Origin: Octopus sinensis
Lineage: Eukaryota
Direction: 5' to 3'
Assembly: GCF_006345805.1 (NCBI RefSeq)
Contig: NC_042998.1
Span: 154,256,001 to 154,320,000, forward strand
DNA length: 64,000 nucleotides
Translations under genes and position numbers: made by a program
In this document: piece by piece, positions 1-13,186 of the stretch
How positions within the stretch are numbered: the stretch's first letter is position 1
Layout: every line of letters starts with the position of its first letter
The notes under the pieces: generated by a model
Told to the model about the DNA's origin: nothing
Seen by the model: the letters and a program-made list of their open reading frames with translations, nothing else
The model's database searches: none

Positions 1-108
1 ATCAACCACAAAAGGATGAAAGGCAAAGTTGACCTTGGCAGAATTTGAACTCAGAACATAAAGACTGATGAAATACCCCGTGCTAACGTTTCTTCCAGTT
101 CACCGCCT
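1..108 (-). mobile_element. tRNA-derived SINE with Meta-type domain (5' part, cut by window edge)
   Basis: Minus strand reads ggcggtgaactggaagaaacgttagcac...gttctgagttcaaattctgccaaggtcaactttgcctttcatcc; same family as 23365-23609. Confidence 0.75.
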
Positions 109-263
109 TGTTTTTTTAAAATTATACTGGTGTAGCAATCTCATATCACCCACTATTCAGTTCTTGTTGTAATTTGAAATCAATTACATCCTACCTGCTA
201 GGATTTCAGATAACCCCCAACCAATCCATCATTGAATATTTAATGCCTTGGCAGCAATTAAAG

Positions 264-275
264 TGTGTGTGTGTG

Positions 276-326
<51 letters not shown>
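264..326. repeat. (TG)n microsatellite
   Basis: Near-perfect TG run. Confidence 0.95.
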
Positions 327-514
327 ACGCGTGCACACATGTGCGTTAGATACGTGTGTCTAAATCAGAGAGAGTTTGAGCATCCACTTAGTTGTTTAAA
401 GTTGAAAAACCCTCATCTAAAGTGTATGAATATATTTTTTGGATAATAATTGTGTGTAAATATTTTGTTTTTCATATAAATATATTTTCTTTGCATTTAA
501 AGATATCTTTTACC

Positions 515-740
515 TTTTACTTGTTTCAGTCATTAGACTGTAGCCATGCTGGGGCACCAACTTAGAGAATTTTAGCTAAATGAATTATCCCTATTACTTA
601 TTTTTTAAGCCTGGTACACACACATACATACACACCTGAGGTTAAAGTAAATGACTCTTGCCCAATGTGTCACACAGTGGACTAAACCCAGGACCATGTG
701 TTTGGGAAGCAAATTTCTTACCACACAGCGATGCCTGCAC
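515..740 (-). mobile_element. Internally deleted CORE-type tRNA SINE
   Basis: Reverse complement of the head (ggtgcaggcatcgctgtgtggtaagaa...) and tail (gactgaaacaagtaaaag) of the family seen intact at 13716-14128. Confidence 0.7.
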
Positions 741-879
741 CAATATATATTAATATATTTTGCTTTGTATAATATATATTTAAATCATATTTGACATGTA
801 TGCTTTTGTAATTATTTTATCCATAATAAATTTGAACTGAAATAACAGTTTAAATCATCAGAAAATAAAACAAACTAAT

Positions 880-1930
880 GCTTCCATAGGTTTAAAGTGT
901 TTTTAAAGGCATTATAAAACGCTATGTAATCTAGGTGTAGTTGGAAAACTTGGAGAATAGGTATGGGATTTTTTAAAAGATAGAATTCAAGCAGAGGTGG
1001 TCAATGGACCCACTGCTAATGAAACAAATGCAGTGAATGATGTTCCATGGGACACAGTCTTAGGGCCACTTCTATTCAAATTGACCTTCTCAGACATGCC
1101 ATTAGCTGCTCAGACAGCCACCCTTGCTAGCTATGCAGATGATTTTGAAGTCTCTCAGAGGATACAGAAACCTGGAGACATTGCATGCCTGCAACAAGAG
1201 TTAGACACAATATATAGGTGGGCTGATCAAAATAACATGTAGTATAATGCTGGAAAGTTCTAAGCTCTGCACTACCAATACACAAAGCTGAATGAAGACA
1301 GGATACATTAGTCCAGGAGGATTGCAATCCCTGAATTAAAATCCGTGCACAGCCTGGTTAGTGACATGAGTAATGATGCATCTTTCCAGGGCATATTACT
1401 AATTTGGCAATAAAATACAGATGACTGGATGGATCCTTAGTTCTTTCAGAACAAGCAAACAGGAAACCATGACAGTCCTCTGAAGAACATTTATCCACAG
1501 CCACTTAGACTACAGCATCCAACTATGGTCACCACAAAGTGTAAAAGTGATAACAGAACTTCAAGCAATCCAATGAATCTCTACAAATAAGGTTGTCTCA
1601 TTGTTACAGGCCTGCTATTGAGAAAAGCTGAGAAAGTTAAGACTCTACTCCTTAGAACAAAGGTGGGAAAGATATGTAGTGATATACATCTGGAAAATCC
1701 TGGAAGTACTTGTACCAAGCTTAAGCATTGAAAGTTATACAGACAGCATAGTGCCAAAGATCCCAACACTGCCAACAGGATACAGAACTAGACACTGTAA
1801 TAGCTTAAGTTTCAAGGGCTCACAGCTCTTCAATATTCTCCAAAAAAGCCTGAGAAACCAGCACGGGGTGGATATAACAAAGCTAATGGAGGTGTCCCAA
1901 CATGGCCACAGATCTCAAGCGCCAACTAAT
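880..1930 (+). mobile_element. Degenerate CR1-type LINE, RT C-terminal half
   Basis: VPWDTVLGPLLF...LASYADD...IYRWADQNNM, then IYIWKILE.LVP; many stops and frameshifts; same family as 50170-50950. Confidence 0.85.
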
Positions 1931-2038
1931 AAAAGATAAAAGAAATTAGAGGATGTACTGAAAAAAAAAAATCAAATTGGAAAACTTGTTGATTGTAACA
2001 CATGTAATTCTATAACATTTCTTTTCCATAGACATATA

Positions 2039-3441
2039 CTAGGTGTATTCCAGAAGCTTTGAGACATTTTTAGGAGATGCAGTCCTAAATTGTTGTAACT
2101 TTGATATACATCTAATAAGCTGAACTGTCAACTCCTTTATTCCAGATCGAAAGAGACAGCAGTAACAGCACTTTGAACACACCCTACTAAACATTACTTG
2201 TCAGAAACGACTAGTTTGCAGAATATAGTTGAGACAAGGAAACAATTTTGAATCTTGTCATGCAATAAAATTTTGTGTTAGACTAGACAAAAATGCTACA
2301 GAAACTTACAAAAGCTCCAGATTGCTTATAGATCAACTTGTATAGGCCAAGCATCTGATTTTCACTGACACAAAAGGTTCAGAGATAGTAGAGAAGAGGT
2401 GAGAGGAAGGTATGGGAGGGAGAAGGACATCAGAACTGGTTGAAAAAATTTGCAATTTTCTGGATGATGACCATTGTGTGTCTATAAAGATAAAAGCGTA
2501 CAGTTTGGAGTTGATGTAGCAACAATACACACACTTTTTCATGCAGATTTGGACATGTGCAAAATTTGCACTGAATTTGTTCCCAGTGTGCTCAATGACA
2601 AACAGAAGAAAATATGCATTGGTGGCAGCAGGGAGATGATTAAGCTCATTACCTCCAATCCAAGAATATTTGAGTCTCTGGTGACTTTTCCACTGGGGTC
2701 AGTGGTATCTGCACCAAGACAATGCTCCTATCCAAAATTCCATCCTCGTAACTAACTACCTGAGAGAGATGAACATCAGAAGTGTCCCTCAACTTCCCTA
2801 CAATTCAGGCCTTGCTGCCTATGACTTTTGTTATGATCCAGAAACCAAGAAACAGTGTGCTTTATGGAAGCAACCTGGCTCCTCCAGGTTCAAGAAAGCC
2901 AGGTAAAGCAAGCCCATCAGGAAGCTAATGATAGTCCCCTTTTTCAGTAGCAAAGGTATCATCTACATCCACTGGGTTCCCTCTGGTCAGACAGTCGATA
3001 AAGAGTACATTGTGAAGGTTTTGAGGGAGTTCTGGAAGAGATTTCATTGCAAAAGGTCAGAGCTTTTCCACTGTGGTCAGTGGTATCTGCACCAAGACAA
3101 TGCACCAATCCACAATTCCATCCTGGTAACTAACTATGTGAGAGAGATGAACATCAGAAGCGTCCCTTAACCTCCCTGCAATTCAGGCCTTGCTGTCTAT
3201 GAGTTTTGGTTGTTCCCCATACTCAGGGACAACTGAATTGAATACATCGAAAAGATGAATGAGGCTGTGACAAGGGTCCTGTACGCCTTCCCTTCAGAGG
3301 ATTTCTTTGTGGTCTTCATGAAATAGCTGGAGTGCTACAATGCACTGAAGTCAGAGGATCCTACTTTGATAATGATTAGAGTTTTGTATTTCTTTGAAAT
3401 TATTAAATGTCTACCATGAAAAATTTCTGGAATGTACCTTG
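2039..3441 (+). mobile_element. Decayed mariner (Tc1/mariner) DNA transposon
   Basis: TA-flanked imperfect TIRs (ctaggtgtattccagaagc / tttctggaatgtaccttg); transposase remnants (IKFCVRL, FVPSVL, YDPETK, VPSGQTVDKEY, LHQDNAPIH). Confidence 0.85.
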
Positions 3442-4519
3442 TATATTTGTATATCTTAGTATTAATAAACTTTTTATAAACACACACCTACAGACGTTGA
3501 GAGCTGAAAAATGATATATTTTTCTTTCTGTTCATAATATGTAATGTGAAAATTGTAGGTTTCAACAAAGGAACTAACCAGCAAATATTTATAAACAAAG
3601 AAAAAAAATGGAGATGGATGGCATAAAGGCTATCACAGTGGTTTTATAAAAATGCTATCTCTAAATGAATCCTTTAGTTGAAAAGAAACTTTTTTAAATG
3701 TATCAAAACTGAAATTTTAAAGAATTTTCTAGACAATGGAGACTTTCATAATTGCTTACTTTCAGTAAAAGTTTCATAATTTCAACTAATTAATCAGCAG
3801 CTTTCTTCATTATAGTATAGGCAGATGTCAATTCATAAGAGAGCAAATAGGAGGGCAATCCATAGGAGAGCTTTAATTATCTTAGTAGGAGAGAAAGGTC
3901 TATAGAAAAGGTGCAGACTGTTGAGAAATTTACTCTATAAATTTGGGAATGGTAAATTATTAACTCTTTACAGATAGGAAACTAGATACAATCCTAGACT
4001 CTTCTGTTCTGTTCCAAAAGTACATAGGACTACTTTTTCATCCATTCACCCCTTGACTGATGAACACAATATCCTTCATAATGATGCCTAAAATAAGGTG
4101 AAGATTTTACAGAAGCAATGCTGTTCTGTCTTCAATGATACCTGGTATAGTTGACTTAGGCAGAATTAATTAAGTAAATTCGACATTTTCCATGACATAA
4201 CTTTCAGTCCTGTGGACGTTGCTGCAATTGATAAAATTAAAGTCAATTCAGTAGTGGGCCTTGAAAGAATGCAGGCATCAACTTACTAATCTCTGGGGGA
4301 AATTGCTGGACTCAGATTTTATTCCTGAACAATGCTGATAATTCTAAGATGAAGGACTTAAAATTGAATGTTGGTGGTTAAATATTTGTCAGTTGATCCA
4401 GTAGGTGGGGCCTCACATCAGTAATCGGGGTCCAGTGTGCTATGGAGTTATTGAGAGGGAGACCTTGAAGTGGTGCACATTCCTTCTTGACGATTTCTGA
4501 AACTTACATATATACTATA

Positions 4520-4986
4520 CTAGCTTAAGGGCTGCCCTATCAGGTGGCTTTAAGCTACTGACCTTAAATGGGAAGATCTGACTTGTTTTAGAGAATTTAT
4601 TGAAATTGCTTCCTCCAGAGTCATATCCCAATGATGATCATATTCGTCACAAAAAATCAAGTAAAACCATTGCCAAAAATAATCACTGGATTTTGAAATT
4701 AATTTCAATTGTTCCCAAAATTTATTTCCAAGTTATAAAAATTGTTATCATACAACAATATTCATCGCAAAAAAATCATGTAAAAAAAATCACCGGAAAC
4801 AATTTCGGTAATGAAAATTTGGGAATCCAAAATTTCAGGATTGTGGGTCCAGATCCAGCCCAGAATATTTTTAATTTACTCATGGAGTCGGCCTGATTCC
4901 AAAATGGTATGATATGTTGGGCTACAGCCTCTAGGAGTAAAGTTGAAAAAGTGTGGCACACTGACTTTCGCATTTATTATATTAGA
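4520..4986 (-). mobile_element. Non-autonomous Helitron
   Basis: Minus strand starts A|TCTAATATAATAAATGCGAAAG and ends with a GC-rich imperfect hairpin followed by CTAG|T; no TSD, the classic Helitron termini. Confidence 0.7.
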
Positions 4987-5149
4987 TGTATAGCATTTCT
5001 GGGTTAGGTTGCACACACACTTGTGTTTATTAGTGTTATACATATATATATATACACACAAGCAAAACCCCCTGCAATATATATGTATGTAAATATGTAT
5101 GTACACACACACACATACATACACACACACACACGCACATGAGCAAAAC

Positions 5150-6550
5150 TACCTGCAGAATTTCATCAGTTAAGTCTTAGAACCAAGAAATTCCTACTTA
5201 GTTAAAGGAGTTGGAAGCCTTTGAAAATGACATTGTAGATGTCATACATTGGCTAAAATTCCACAAATCCTCTAATCTTTTACATAGTGAACTTAGGACA
5301 GACATTCATAAGTTTAAACTTCAGATAAGGCCTTACTTTTTTTAGAGAAGACTTAGAATTTATGTATTGTAGAAAAGTAATACTTATGCACAGCCACTGC
5401 ATCACACAAACACAGGAAGATGGTCTCCTTCAATCTTCGGATAACATTAACAATGAGGACAAAGAGATAGCTTTTAGACTAGGCATCAAGGATAGGGTAG
5501 AAGTCTTCGTGAAAAAGAAGCCTTTATAACAATCAAAGATCACAAACCAGACTTTACCTCTGATTTCAAGTATCGATTGAACAACCCTACAACATCTGAA
5601 ATCAGTTTGGTGAGCAACCAGCTGCTAAGGAGAATCAACAATGACATTAGAAGAACCTCACCCTTTGTTGCAATGTCAGTGAGATCATGTGGTATAAAAA
5701 AAATATAGTGGCAGAGATAGTGTAAGGTTTACCCAGTTTGATATAATGGACTTGGATATAATGAATTTATTTAGGGCAGTGAATTTCATTAAAGACTACA
5801 TTGTGATCAGCAATGAGAACAGAAGCATCATCACGCATGCTAGAAAAACCCTACTCTTTAACAAGGGATTGGTTTAGGTCAAGCAAGCTGACCTAGAAGG
5901 CTCCATTGATGTATTGATGAATGTTTTCAACAGTACTGATGTGTGTGTCCTCATTGCCATTTTTATCATGGATTTACTTAGAAAATTCCCCTCAACTACC
6001 TTCGGCCTCTACAGAGATAATGCTTTGGAAGTATCAAGAGGAGTGAATTGTCACACACTTGATTGGCTTAGGAAAGACCTAACCCATAACCTGAATTCTC
6101 TCGGGCTCAAGGTCACTAAAGAAACCAGCCTGAAGGTGGATAATTTCTTTGACATGACCTTAACCCTTTAGCGTTCAAATTACTCTGCCAAATGTAAAGC
6201 TTATTTATTCATATTGTTTTAAATTTATCATGCATTATCTCATTGTTGTGAGATTTTGATGTTATTGTTTATTTTTAGAATGGCATTGTGGGTGTGGGAG
6301 GTGTGAGAGGTTAGATCAGGCCAGTTTAAACATAAAACTGGAGGCATATTTTGGCCAGATATGGCCTGTTTAAATGCTAATGGGTTAAACTCAGGAAACT
6401 GAAGGAGAGGCTGACATATATTAATGCAACTTCCTGTTATCCAGCCTAGTTTTCAGGAACCTGGTTAAAGGGTCAGCAGTCTGTAACCTGTCTTCAAATA
6501 AAGAGATTTTCAATGTTGCATCCCTGTTTTACGATGAGGCCCTTCTTAGG
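5150..6550 (+). mobile_element. Degenerate Penelope-like element RT, split by a MITE
   Basis: Remnants IKDHKPDF...YRLNNPTTSEI, FGLYRDNAL, VDNFFDMTL then YINATS after the insert; homologous to 47413-48329. Confidence 0.75.
6164..6384. mobile_element. piggyBac-type MITE
   Basis: TTAA at 6160-6163 and 6385-6388; TIRs ccctttagcgttcaaa / tttaaatgctaatggg. Confidence 0.8.
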
Positions 6551-7889
6551 GCCTTTTTTGCTACAGTTCTTGGCATTGAGTATGCATTTTTATATAACCA
6601 AAAGTGGTTTAACAAAATCCCACAATGTTCATGCCTTTTTTGTAGTGTTAGTGATATATATAATATTCAAAGTGAACTCTTTTAAAGTGAATTGGATCAC
6701 ATAGCTTAATGAATTTTAAAAAATCCTTTGAAATTAATTGATTTCAATGACTTGAAAAAATTTGTATTGAACAAAATCATGTTTAACCAATTGGAATAGC
6801 TCATTAAATTAAGTGATTAAATTACATGGACTCTAATAAATTTTACCTGTTTTCTACTCATAGTGCTACACAACCACATTATTTTAGCTCCAGTGAATTT
6901 ACTTCTGTGAAATAGAAAAATGAAAAAAGGAGATATATAGACACATATTAGATAGGCATATACATACAAAAATGTTTAAGCATATAAGTTAATAAAAATT
7001 TAGTGAAAGAGTTATACCATTCAGATAACAGTCAGTTCAGTTATTTTCTTAAATACACTTGCATATGCATACACACATCAAGAAAGAACACGAGCATGAT
7101 GAATGTAAGAGATACACATAATAAAAGAGAGAACGTTAGCAATATTTGGATAGACTAAAAATAAGAGAGATGTTAGGGAGTACAATATTGTTCTTACATT
7201 ACTTGTGTATGTGAATGCAAGTACAGATGTTTTCATATTATGTATGCATTGATAAAGGAGGTGTGCTGGCAAAATCATTAGCATGTTGAAAAAATTGCAT
7301 AACAGCATTTCTTCCACCCCTTTATATCCTGAGTTCAAATTTTTCCATGGTCACCTGTGCCTTTTCTCCAATCAGGGTGAATAAAATAAGTCCCAGCTGA
7401 ACACAGGTCAATGTAATCGACTTATCTCCTCCCTTAAAATTGCTGGCTTTATGCCAAAATTTAATGTCATTATGTATGTGTTATGTGTAAGCTTGTTCAA
7501 GATTGAGATTATGTTAGGGTGTTATTACAATTTCTGTACATATATCATCATCACCATCATTTTAACATTAATTTTTCCCATGTTTGCATGGGTCAGACAG
7601 AATTTGACGAGGTAGATTTTCTAGTCAGATGCCTTTTCTGTCACCAACTGTCACTTGTTACACAGCAGTGTAATATACCCTCATGGCAAGAAGATTAGAA
7701 ATAAGACACTGCTTATATGATGGTGACACTCATTTACACCATTCATACAAGGCAATGCATGCAACACACACATACACTTTTAATATGGCAAACTTCTTTC
7801 AGTTCCATCCATCATATTCATTCACAAGACTGGGGCTATAGTACAAGTCGTTTGTTCAAGGTACTATGCAGTGGGATTGAACTGGAAAC

Positions 7890-8520
7890 CACATGCTGGT
7901 GAGTGTATGGGGATTGATATATAAATATATATCTATATTTGAGTCTATGTATGCTTATGTGTATATATGTATATGTGTGTATAAACTTGTGCATAAGTCT
8001 GCGTCTGTGTATAAGTGTGTGCATGCATATAAATATGTGAATACATGTGCACATTTATTCAGCCGCATGCATGTGCATATACACATATGCTCAATTACAC
8101 ATGGCAGAATGTATATTCACATATATACACATTTACACTTGTGTGAAGTCATTTGCTTGAGTATGGTTACCCATTTATGCATCCATACTTGCATAAACAC
8201 TTGAATGAGTGTCAACCCCCCTTGTGTACGCATGTAGATACATGTATATGCATGCATGTAACCAAAAACATGTACACATCTGTATTTGCAACATACACGA
8301 AAATATACATTCAAGTACCTGTATACAGAAAACATATTAATGTAAATATACACCTGTGTACAACATGTGTTCACATGTACACTTGCAGATGTATTGATAT
8401 GGCCACATATATGTATATACATGTGCACACTGAGGCATGCATGCAAAAACGTTCATGTACATGTGTATATGTAGAATTATGCAGAATGTTATTAATGTGC
8501 ATGTTTATCCCATACCTCCA
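7890..8520. repeat. Degenerate (TG/TA/CA)n purine-pyrimidine low-complexity tract
   Basis: Alternating RY sequence that produces spurious Cys/Val/Tyr/His-rich ORFs. Confidence 0.85.
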
Positions 8521-8644
8521 TCCATAGTTACCTGATAATAATTGACTTATATCTAAATTAATATTCAGTCAGAAACTCATATAATGATCACTTCAGAAAT
8601 AAACTGTAGCTTTGACTCTGATCTATATAGCTTTTCTCTTATGA

Positions 8645-8688
<44 letters not shown>

Positions 8689-9150
8689 TACACAGTATGA
8701 CATCATAATAGGCTTTTTAAAAAAAATAGTTAACTTTGCCTTTCATCCTTTCAGGGTTGATGAAATAAATACCAGTTAAGCACTTGGGTCAATGTAATTG
8801 AGTAGCCCCCTCATCCCAAAACTTCAGGTCATGTGCCTAGAGTAGAAAAGATTATTTATGACCATTCAGAACAGATTAAAGCAAATACTTTTATCGGTTC
8901 ATAATCTGTCCCTAGTCCACATATATTGTCATTCACAAAATAAGCAAAGAAGCACTTTTGATAATATCTACTCCTTACTCAAACCAATTTACACTAGATT
9001 TTATAGAAGTAAATGAAACCTATTGATACTGAAGTCAGTCACTCTTCTGAATATAAAAGGACCAGTGATTCTAACCAAGGAAGTGCTGTAGGGCATTACG
9101 TACAAAAGTATTACATATCTAATAATAATAGAGAAAGGTGTACAAGCTTG

Positions 9151-9610
9151 TGTAAGAGGATGAGAATTCAGGAACACTGGAAGGGTGTCTGGTCTGATCC
9201 TGTCACATTCAAGTTGAAGAAACGAAGACAAAGTCAGGCTGTCTTCAATAACAGTAAGTGGTGGTTTATTCTGTGGTTTACAGGTAAAACATGTACACAT
9301 GTATTTCTTGTAGGGAAACCGGCAGCCGAATCCACAGGACTGGTTACAATGTTCTCTCATGCGAGTCAAGATGATTCGGTGTTCATTCCCGCTTCGTTGG
9401 GGTGAGGTTCTCTGTGCGTAGGGTTGTTCCCTGAGAGAAAGTTAAGCCATGTCCAACCACTAGCGCTGTTCTGCCAGAAAACACCGATTCAGTGGTCAGG
9501 CTTTCATGTTGCAGTTCCTGCGCATGCACATGAGGAAACTTCTGGTGGCCAACCGGCAGTAATCCAATTCTGCGCATGTGCGCTGAAACTTACACAGTAG
9601 CGTCACTACA
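9151..9610 (-). mobile_element. Solo LTR (460 bp), Gypsy-type
   Basis: Termini TGT...ACA (tgtaagagg / cgtcactaca), exact 4-bp TSD CTTG at 9147-9150 and 9611-9614, AATAAA on the minus strand at 9265-9270, higher GC/CpG than the flanks. Confidence 0.85.
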
Positions 9611-10351
9611 CTTGTATTTCTTTGTTGCTAAAACTCCAAAACAGTCCTGTTCAGTCATATCTTAATCCCAATTTGAATATATCTTAAAAATTTTAACTTT
9701 GTCTATTTTGAGTGCTTTAATGTGGCTGTCCCTCTATTTCATTATACATATGATGATATATACATAGGGGTCCACTCACTTCTATTTTGCAAAAAACGAC
9801 ACTTGCAAGTTTCCATATTATAAAGCTTTATTTTTCCGTTAATTTGGCAAAATTTCAGAATAAGCATTACCAACTGTGATTTTTTTTTGTGTAAAACTTT
9901 TAAAGCTTCTGTTTTAAACATTCAGGCTTCCAAATTTTTAGCATTGTTTTCCATGTTATTTATAATTTTCAATTTTTTAATTGTTCGTTTATGTTTTTTA
10001 ATATAGGTGTGTGTGATTGTATCAAATCATTTAGTTGCTTGCTTTGCTTTTGTTTAAGTCAAGATAGTGTAATACAAGGTTTGAGTGCAATTTCTAGCAG
10101 GTCAAGCAACTACACTGAGGATCCATTGGGAGGTAACATAATCAAAATTATTCTATTAATGATATCAATAATAATAAAAATGCTTAATAAAAGTTGCTGG
10201 CATCAGGAAGGGCATGCAGTTGTAGAAATCATACTAAAGCAGACAGTAGAGCTTGGTAAAATCTTCTGACTTACCAGCTCCTGTCAAGCCATTCAACCTA
10301 TGCCAGTAGGATAAATGGAAATTAAATGATGATGATAATAATTATATATAT

Positions 10352-10508
10352 ATCATCATCATCATCATCATTATCGTTTAACGTCTGCTTTCCATGCTAG
10401 CATGGGTTGGACGATTTGACTGAGGACTGGCAAACCAGATGGCTGCACCAGGCTCCAATCTTGATCTGGCAGAGTTTCTACAGCTGGATGACCTTCCTAA
10501 TGCCAACA
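10352..10508 (-). mobile_element. Short 3'-end fragment of RTE LINE with (ATG)n tail
   Basis: catcatc...cgtttaacgtctgctttccatgctagcatgggttggacg; abuts a TA run. Confidence 0.75.
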
Positions 10509-10517
10509 CACACATAT

Positions 10518-12125
10518 ATCATCATCATCATCATCATCATTTAGCGTCCGCTTTCCATGCTAGCATGTTCAACTGGGGTCTGGGAAGCCAGAAGGCTGCA
10601 CCAGGCCCAGTCTGATCTGGCAATGTTTCTACAGCTGGATGCCCTTCCTAACACCAAACACTCCATGAATGTAGTGGGTGCTTTTTACGTGTCACCGGCA
10701 CAGGTGCCAGACGAGGCTGGCAACGGCCACGATTGGATGGTGCTTTTTATGTGCCACCGGCACGGAGGCCAGTCAGGGTGGCACTGGCAACGGCCACATT
10801 CGGATGGTTCTCTTATGTGCCACCAGCACTGGTATCAAAGCTACAATTTCCATTGATGTTGATCGATTTCGATTTTGATTTTGAGTCTCACTTGCCTCAA
10901 CAGGTCTTCACAAGTAGAGTTTTGTGTCCCAAGAAGGAAAGGTATGCATAAGTGGACTGGTTACATCCCAGGTAGAGGCCACGGGTTATGGTCTCACTTG
11001 TCCTGCCGGGTCTTCTCACGCACAGCATACTTCCAAAGGTCTCAGTCTCTAGTCATTTCCTCGGTGAGACCTAAAGTTCGAAGGTCATGCTTCACCACCT
11101 CGTCCCAGGTTTTCCTGGGTCTACCTCTTCCACAGATTCCCTCAGCTGCTAGGGTGTGGCACTTTTTCACACATCTATCTTCATCCATTCTTGCCACATG
11201 ACCATACCAGCGCAAACATCTCTCTTGCACACCACAACTGATGCTTCTTAGGTCCAACTTTTCTCTCTGTCGAGTATGAACGTTGACATTACACATCCAT
11301 TGCAACATACTGGCTTCATTTCTTGCGAGCTTACACATATCCTCAGCAGTCATGGCCCATGTTTCACTGACATGTAGCATGGCTGTTCATACACATGCGT
11401 CATACAGTCTGCCTTTTACTCTAAGCGAGATGCCTTTTGTCACTAGCAGAGGTAAGAGCTCTCTGAACTTTGCCCAAGCTATTCTTACTCTAGCAGTTAC
11501 ACTTTCAACACACCCACCCCTACTACTGACTTGGTCACCTAGGTAACGGAAGCTATCAACTACTTCTAGTTTTTCTCCCTGGAAAGTGGCGGAAGTTGGT
11601 CTCTGCGCATTTTCAGTGTTTATTGCTCCTGAGCATCTGCCACATACAAAAACTATCTTCCTAGTTAGCCTTCCTTTGACGTTGCTGCACCTCTTATGTG
11701 TCCATAGCTTACACTTGGTGCATCTTATAGAGTTTCTACCTACACCTTTTCTACAGATCGAGCAGGGCCATCTACCTGAAGGCGTTTGTGACTTGTCTAC
11801 CTTCCTACTTATTAGGACTTTGGTTTTAGCTAGGTTGACTCTAAGGCCGTTCAATTCTAATCCTTGCTTCCACACCTGAAACTTCTTCTCCACTTCTGAT
11901 AGTGACTCAGCAATTAGAGCAAGGTCATCAGCATAGAGGAGCTCCCAGGGGCATCCTGTCTTGAATTCCTCCGTAATTGCCTGGAGGACTATGGTAAATA
12001 GGAGGGGGCTGAGGACTGAACCTTGGTGGACCCCTACCTCTACCCGGAATTCTTCACTGTACTCGTTGCCAACCCTCACCTTACTAGCAGCGTCCCTGTA
12101 CATGGCTCGCACAGCTCTCACTAAC
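10518..12125 (-). mobile_element. 5'-truncated RTE-clade LINE (RT + PHD-like finger + 3' UTR + (ATG)n tail)
   Basis: [49 protein letters not shown] motifs; 3' UTR with three hairpin units. Confidence 0.92.
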
Positions 12126-12770
12126 AGAAGAAGGAATGGGAACTTGCTGAAACTTGAGGGATGGCGAATCTCGGAGTTTGATAAACTCTTCGTCAGTCTC
12201 TTGGACAGCTGCAATTTGATGATGGTCGATGCCTGAATCCACATGTATTGCGTTCAGCTGGATTCGGGACAGAGCGTCAGCTGCTACATTGTCTGATCCC
12301 TTGATATGCCGAATATCGGTTGAATATTGGGAGACAAAGTCCAAGTGGCGAAGTTCTCTTGGTGAATGTCGATCCGGTTTGGTACGGAACGCATAAACTA
12401 GTGGTTTATGGTCCGTGTAGATCACGAAATCCAATCCTTCGAGCATGTGATGAAAATGCTTCACTGAAAGGTAGGTTGCCGAGAGTTCATGGCCAAACGT
12501 ACTATATTTGGCTTCAGTGGGTTGCAACCACTTAGAAAAGAAGGATAAGGGTTGCCAAACGCCGTCGACATGTTGTTGCAAAACGCCTCCAACCCCCATG
12601 TCTGATGTGTCCACTAGCAGCGAAAGAGGAGCGCCAGACCTGGGGAAAATGAGCATGGAAGCGTTTGCCAGCATTTCTTTCAGACCGTTGAAAGATGTTA
12701 ATTCTTCCTCGTTCAACGTTATGTCTTCATTTTTCCGAGTCCGGTTGCAAAGAAGTTGCTTTGTTTTCTC
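12126..12770 (-). mobile_element. Ty3/Gypsy pol fragment (RNase H domain)
   Basis: LLVDTSDMGVGGVLQQ...PLSFFSK.L...E.KYSTF.HEL...YTDHKPL...HIKGSDNVAADALSR; reading frame still open. Confidence 0.93.
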
Positions 12771-12967
12771 TGGTGATGGCAGATGTATTTCCGGTGTCCG
12801 TGCAAGTTACTTCCGGTGACTGTACATATATATACACTTTTGCTTAGGCATATTGATACTAATAACCTTGTGTTAGATCTCAATATACATATGCTTCAGA
12901 ATAAATCTTCAGTCGAGCAGGAATAAGAAATTGAAATGACAAAGGAAAAGAAATCATGCCATAAATT

Positions 12968-13100
12968 TTATTAGCTTACAGCTGCTTCTGGTATAAGATG
13001 CAATACACTCATTGTTGAATACTTGTGTATCACTCTATATATTTAACAAATATACCATTAAGCTATCATACCTTGCTGGTACCATTACTGAGACTAATAA
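12968..13100 (-). ncRNA. Degenerate Penelope-type minimal hammerhead ribozyme relic
   Basis: Minus strand: ttattagt-ctcagtaa-tggta...tacca-gaagc-agct-gta-agctaataa; stems I and II and the palindromic stem III are recognisable, but both core boxes are mutated. Confidence 0.4.
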
Positions 13101-13186
13101 CTTTAAACTAAAATATGGAAGTTGTACAGCTGATACCAAGCAGTCAACTTCCAAATTCCTCTGGTCTCGACCCTACCATTGTATAC

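Noticed and set aside
9001-9577. ORFs of 122, 130 and 64 aa as a host gene
   Set aside because: They lie in or straddle the boundary of the solo LTR and show no recognisable motif.
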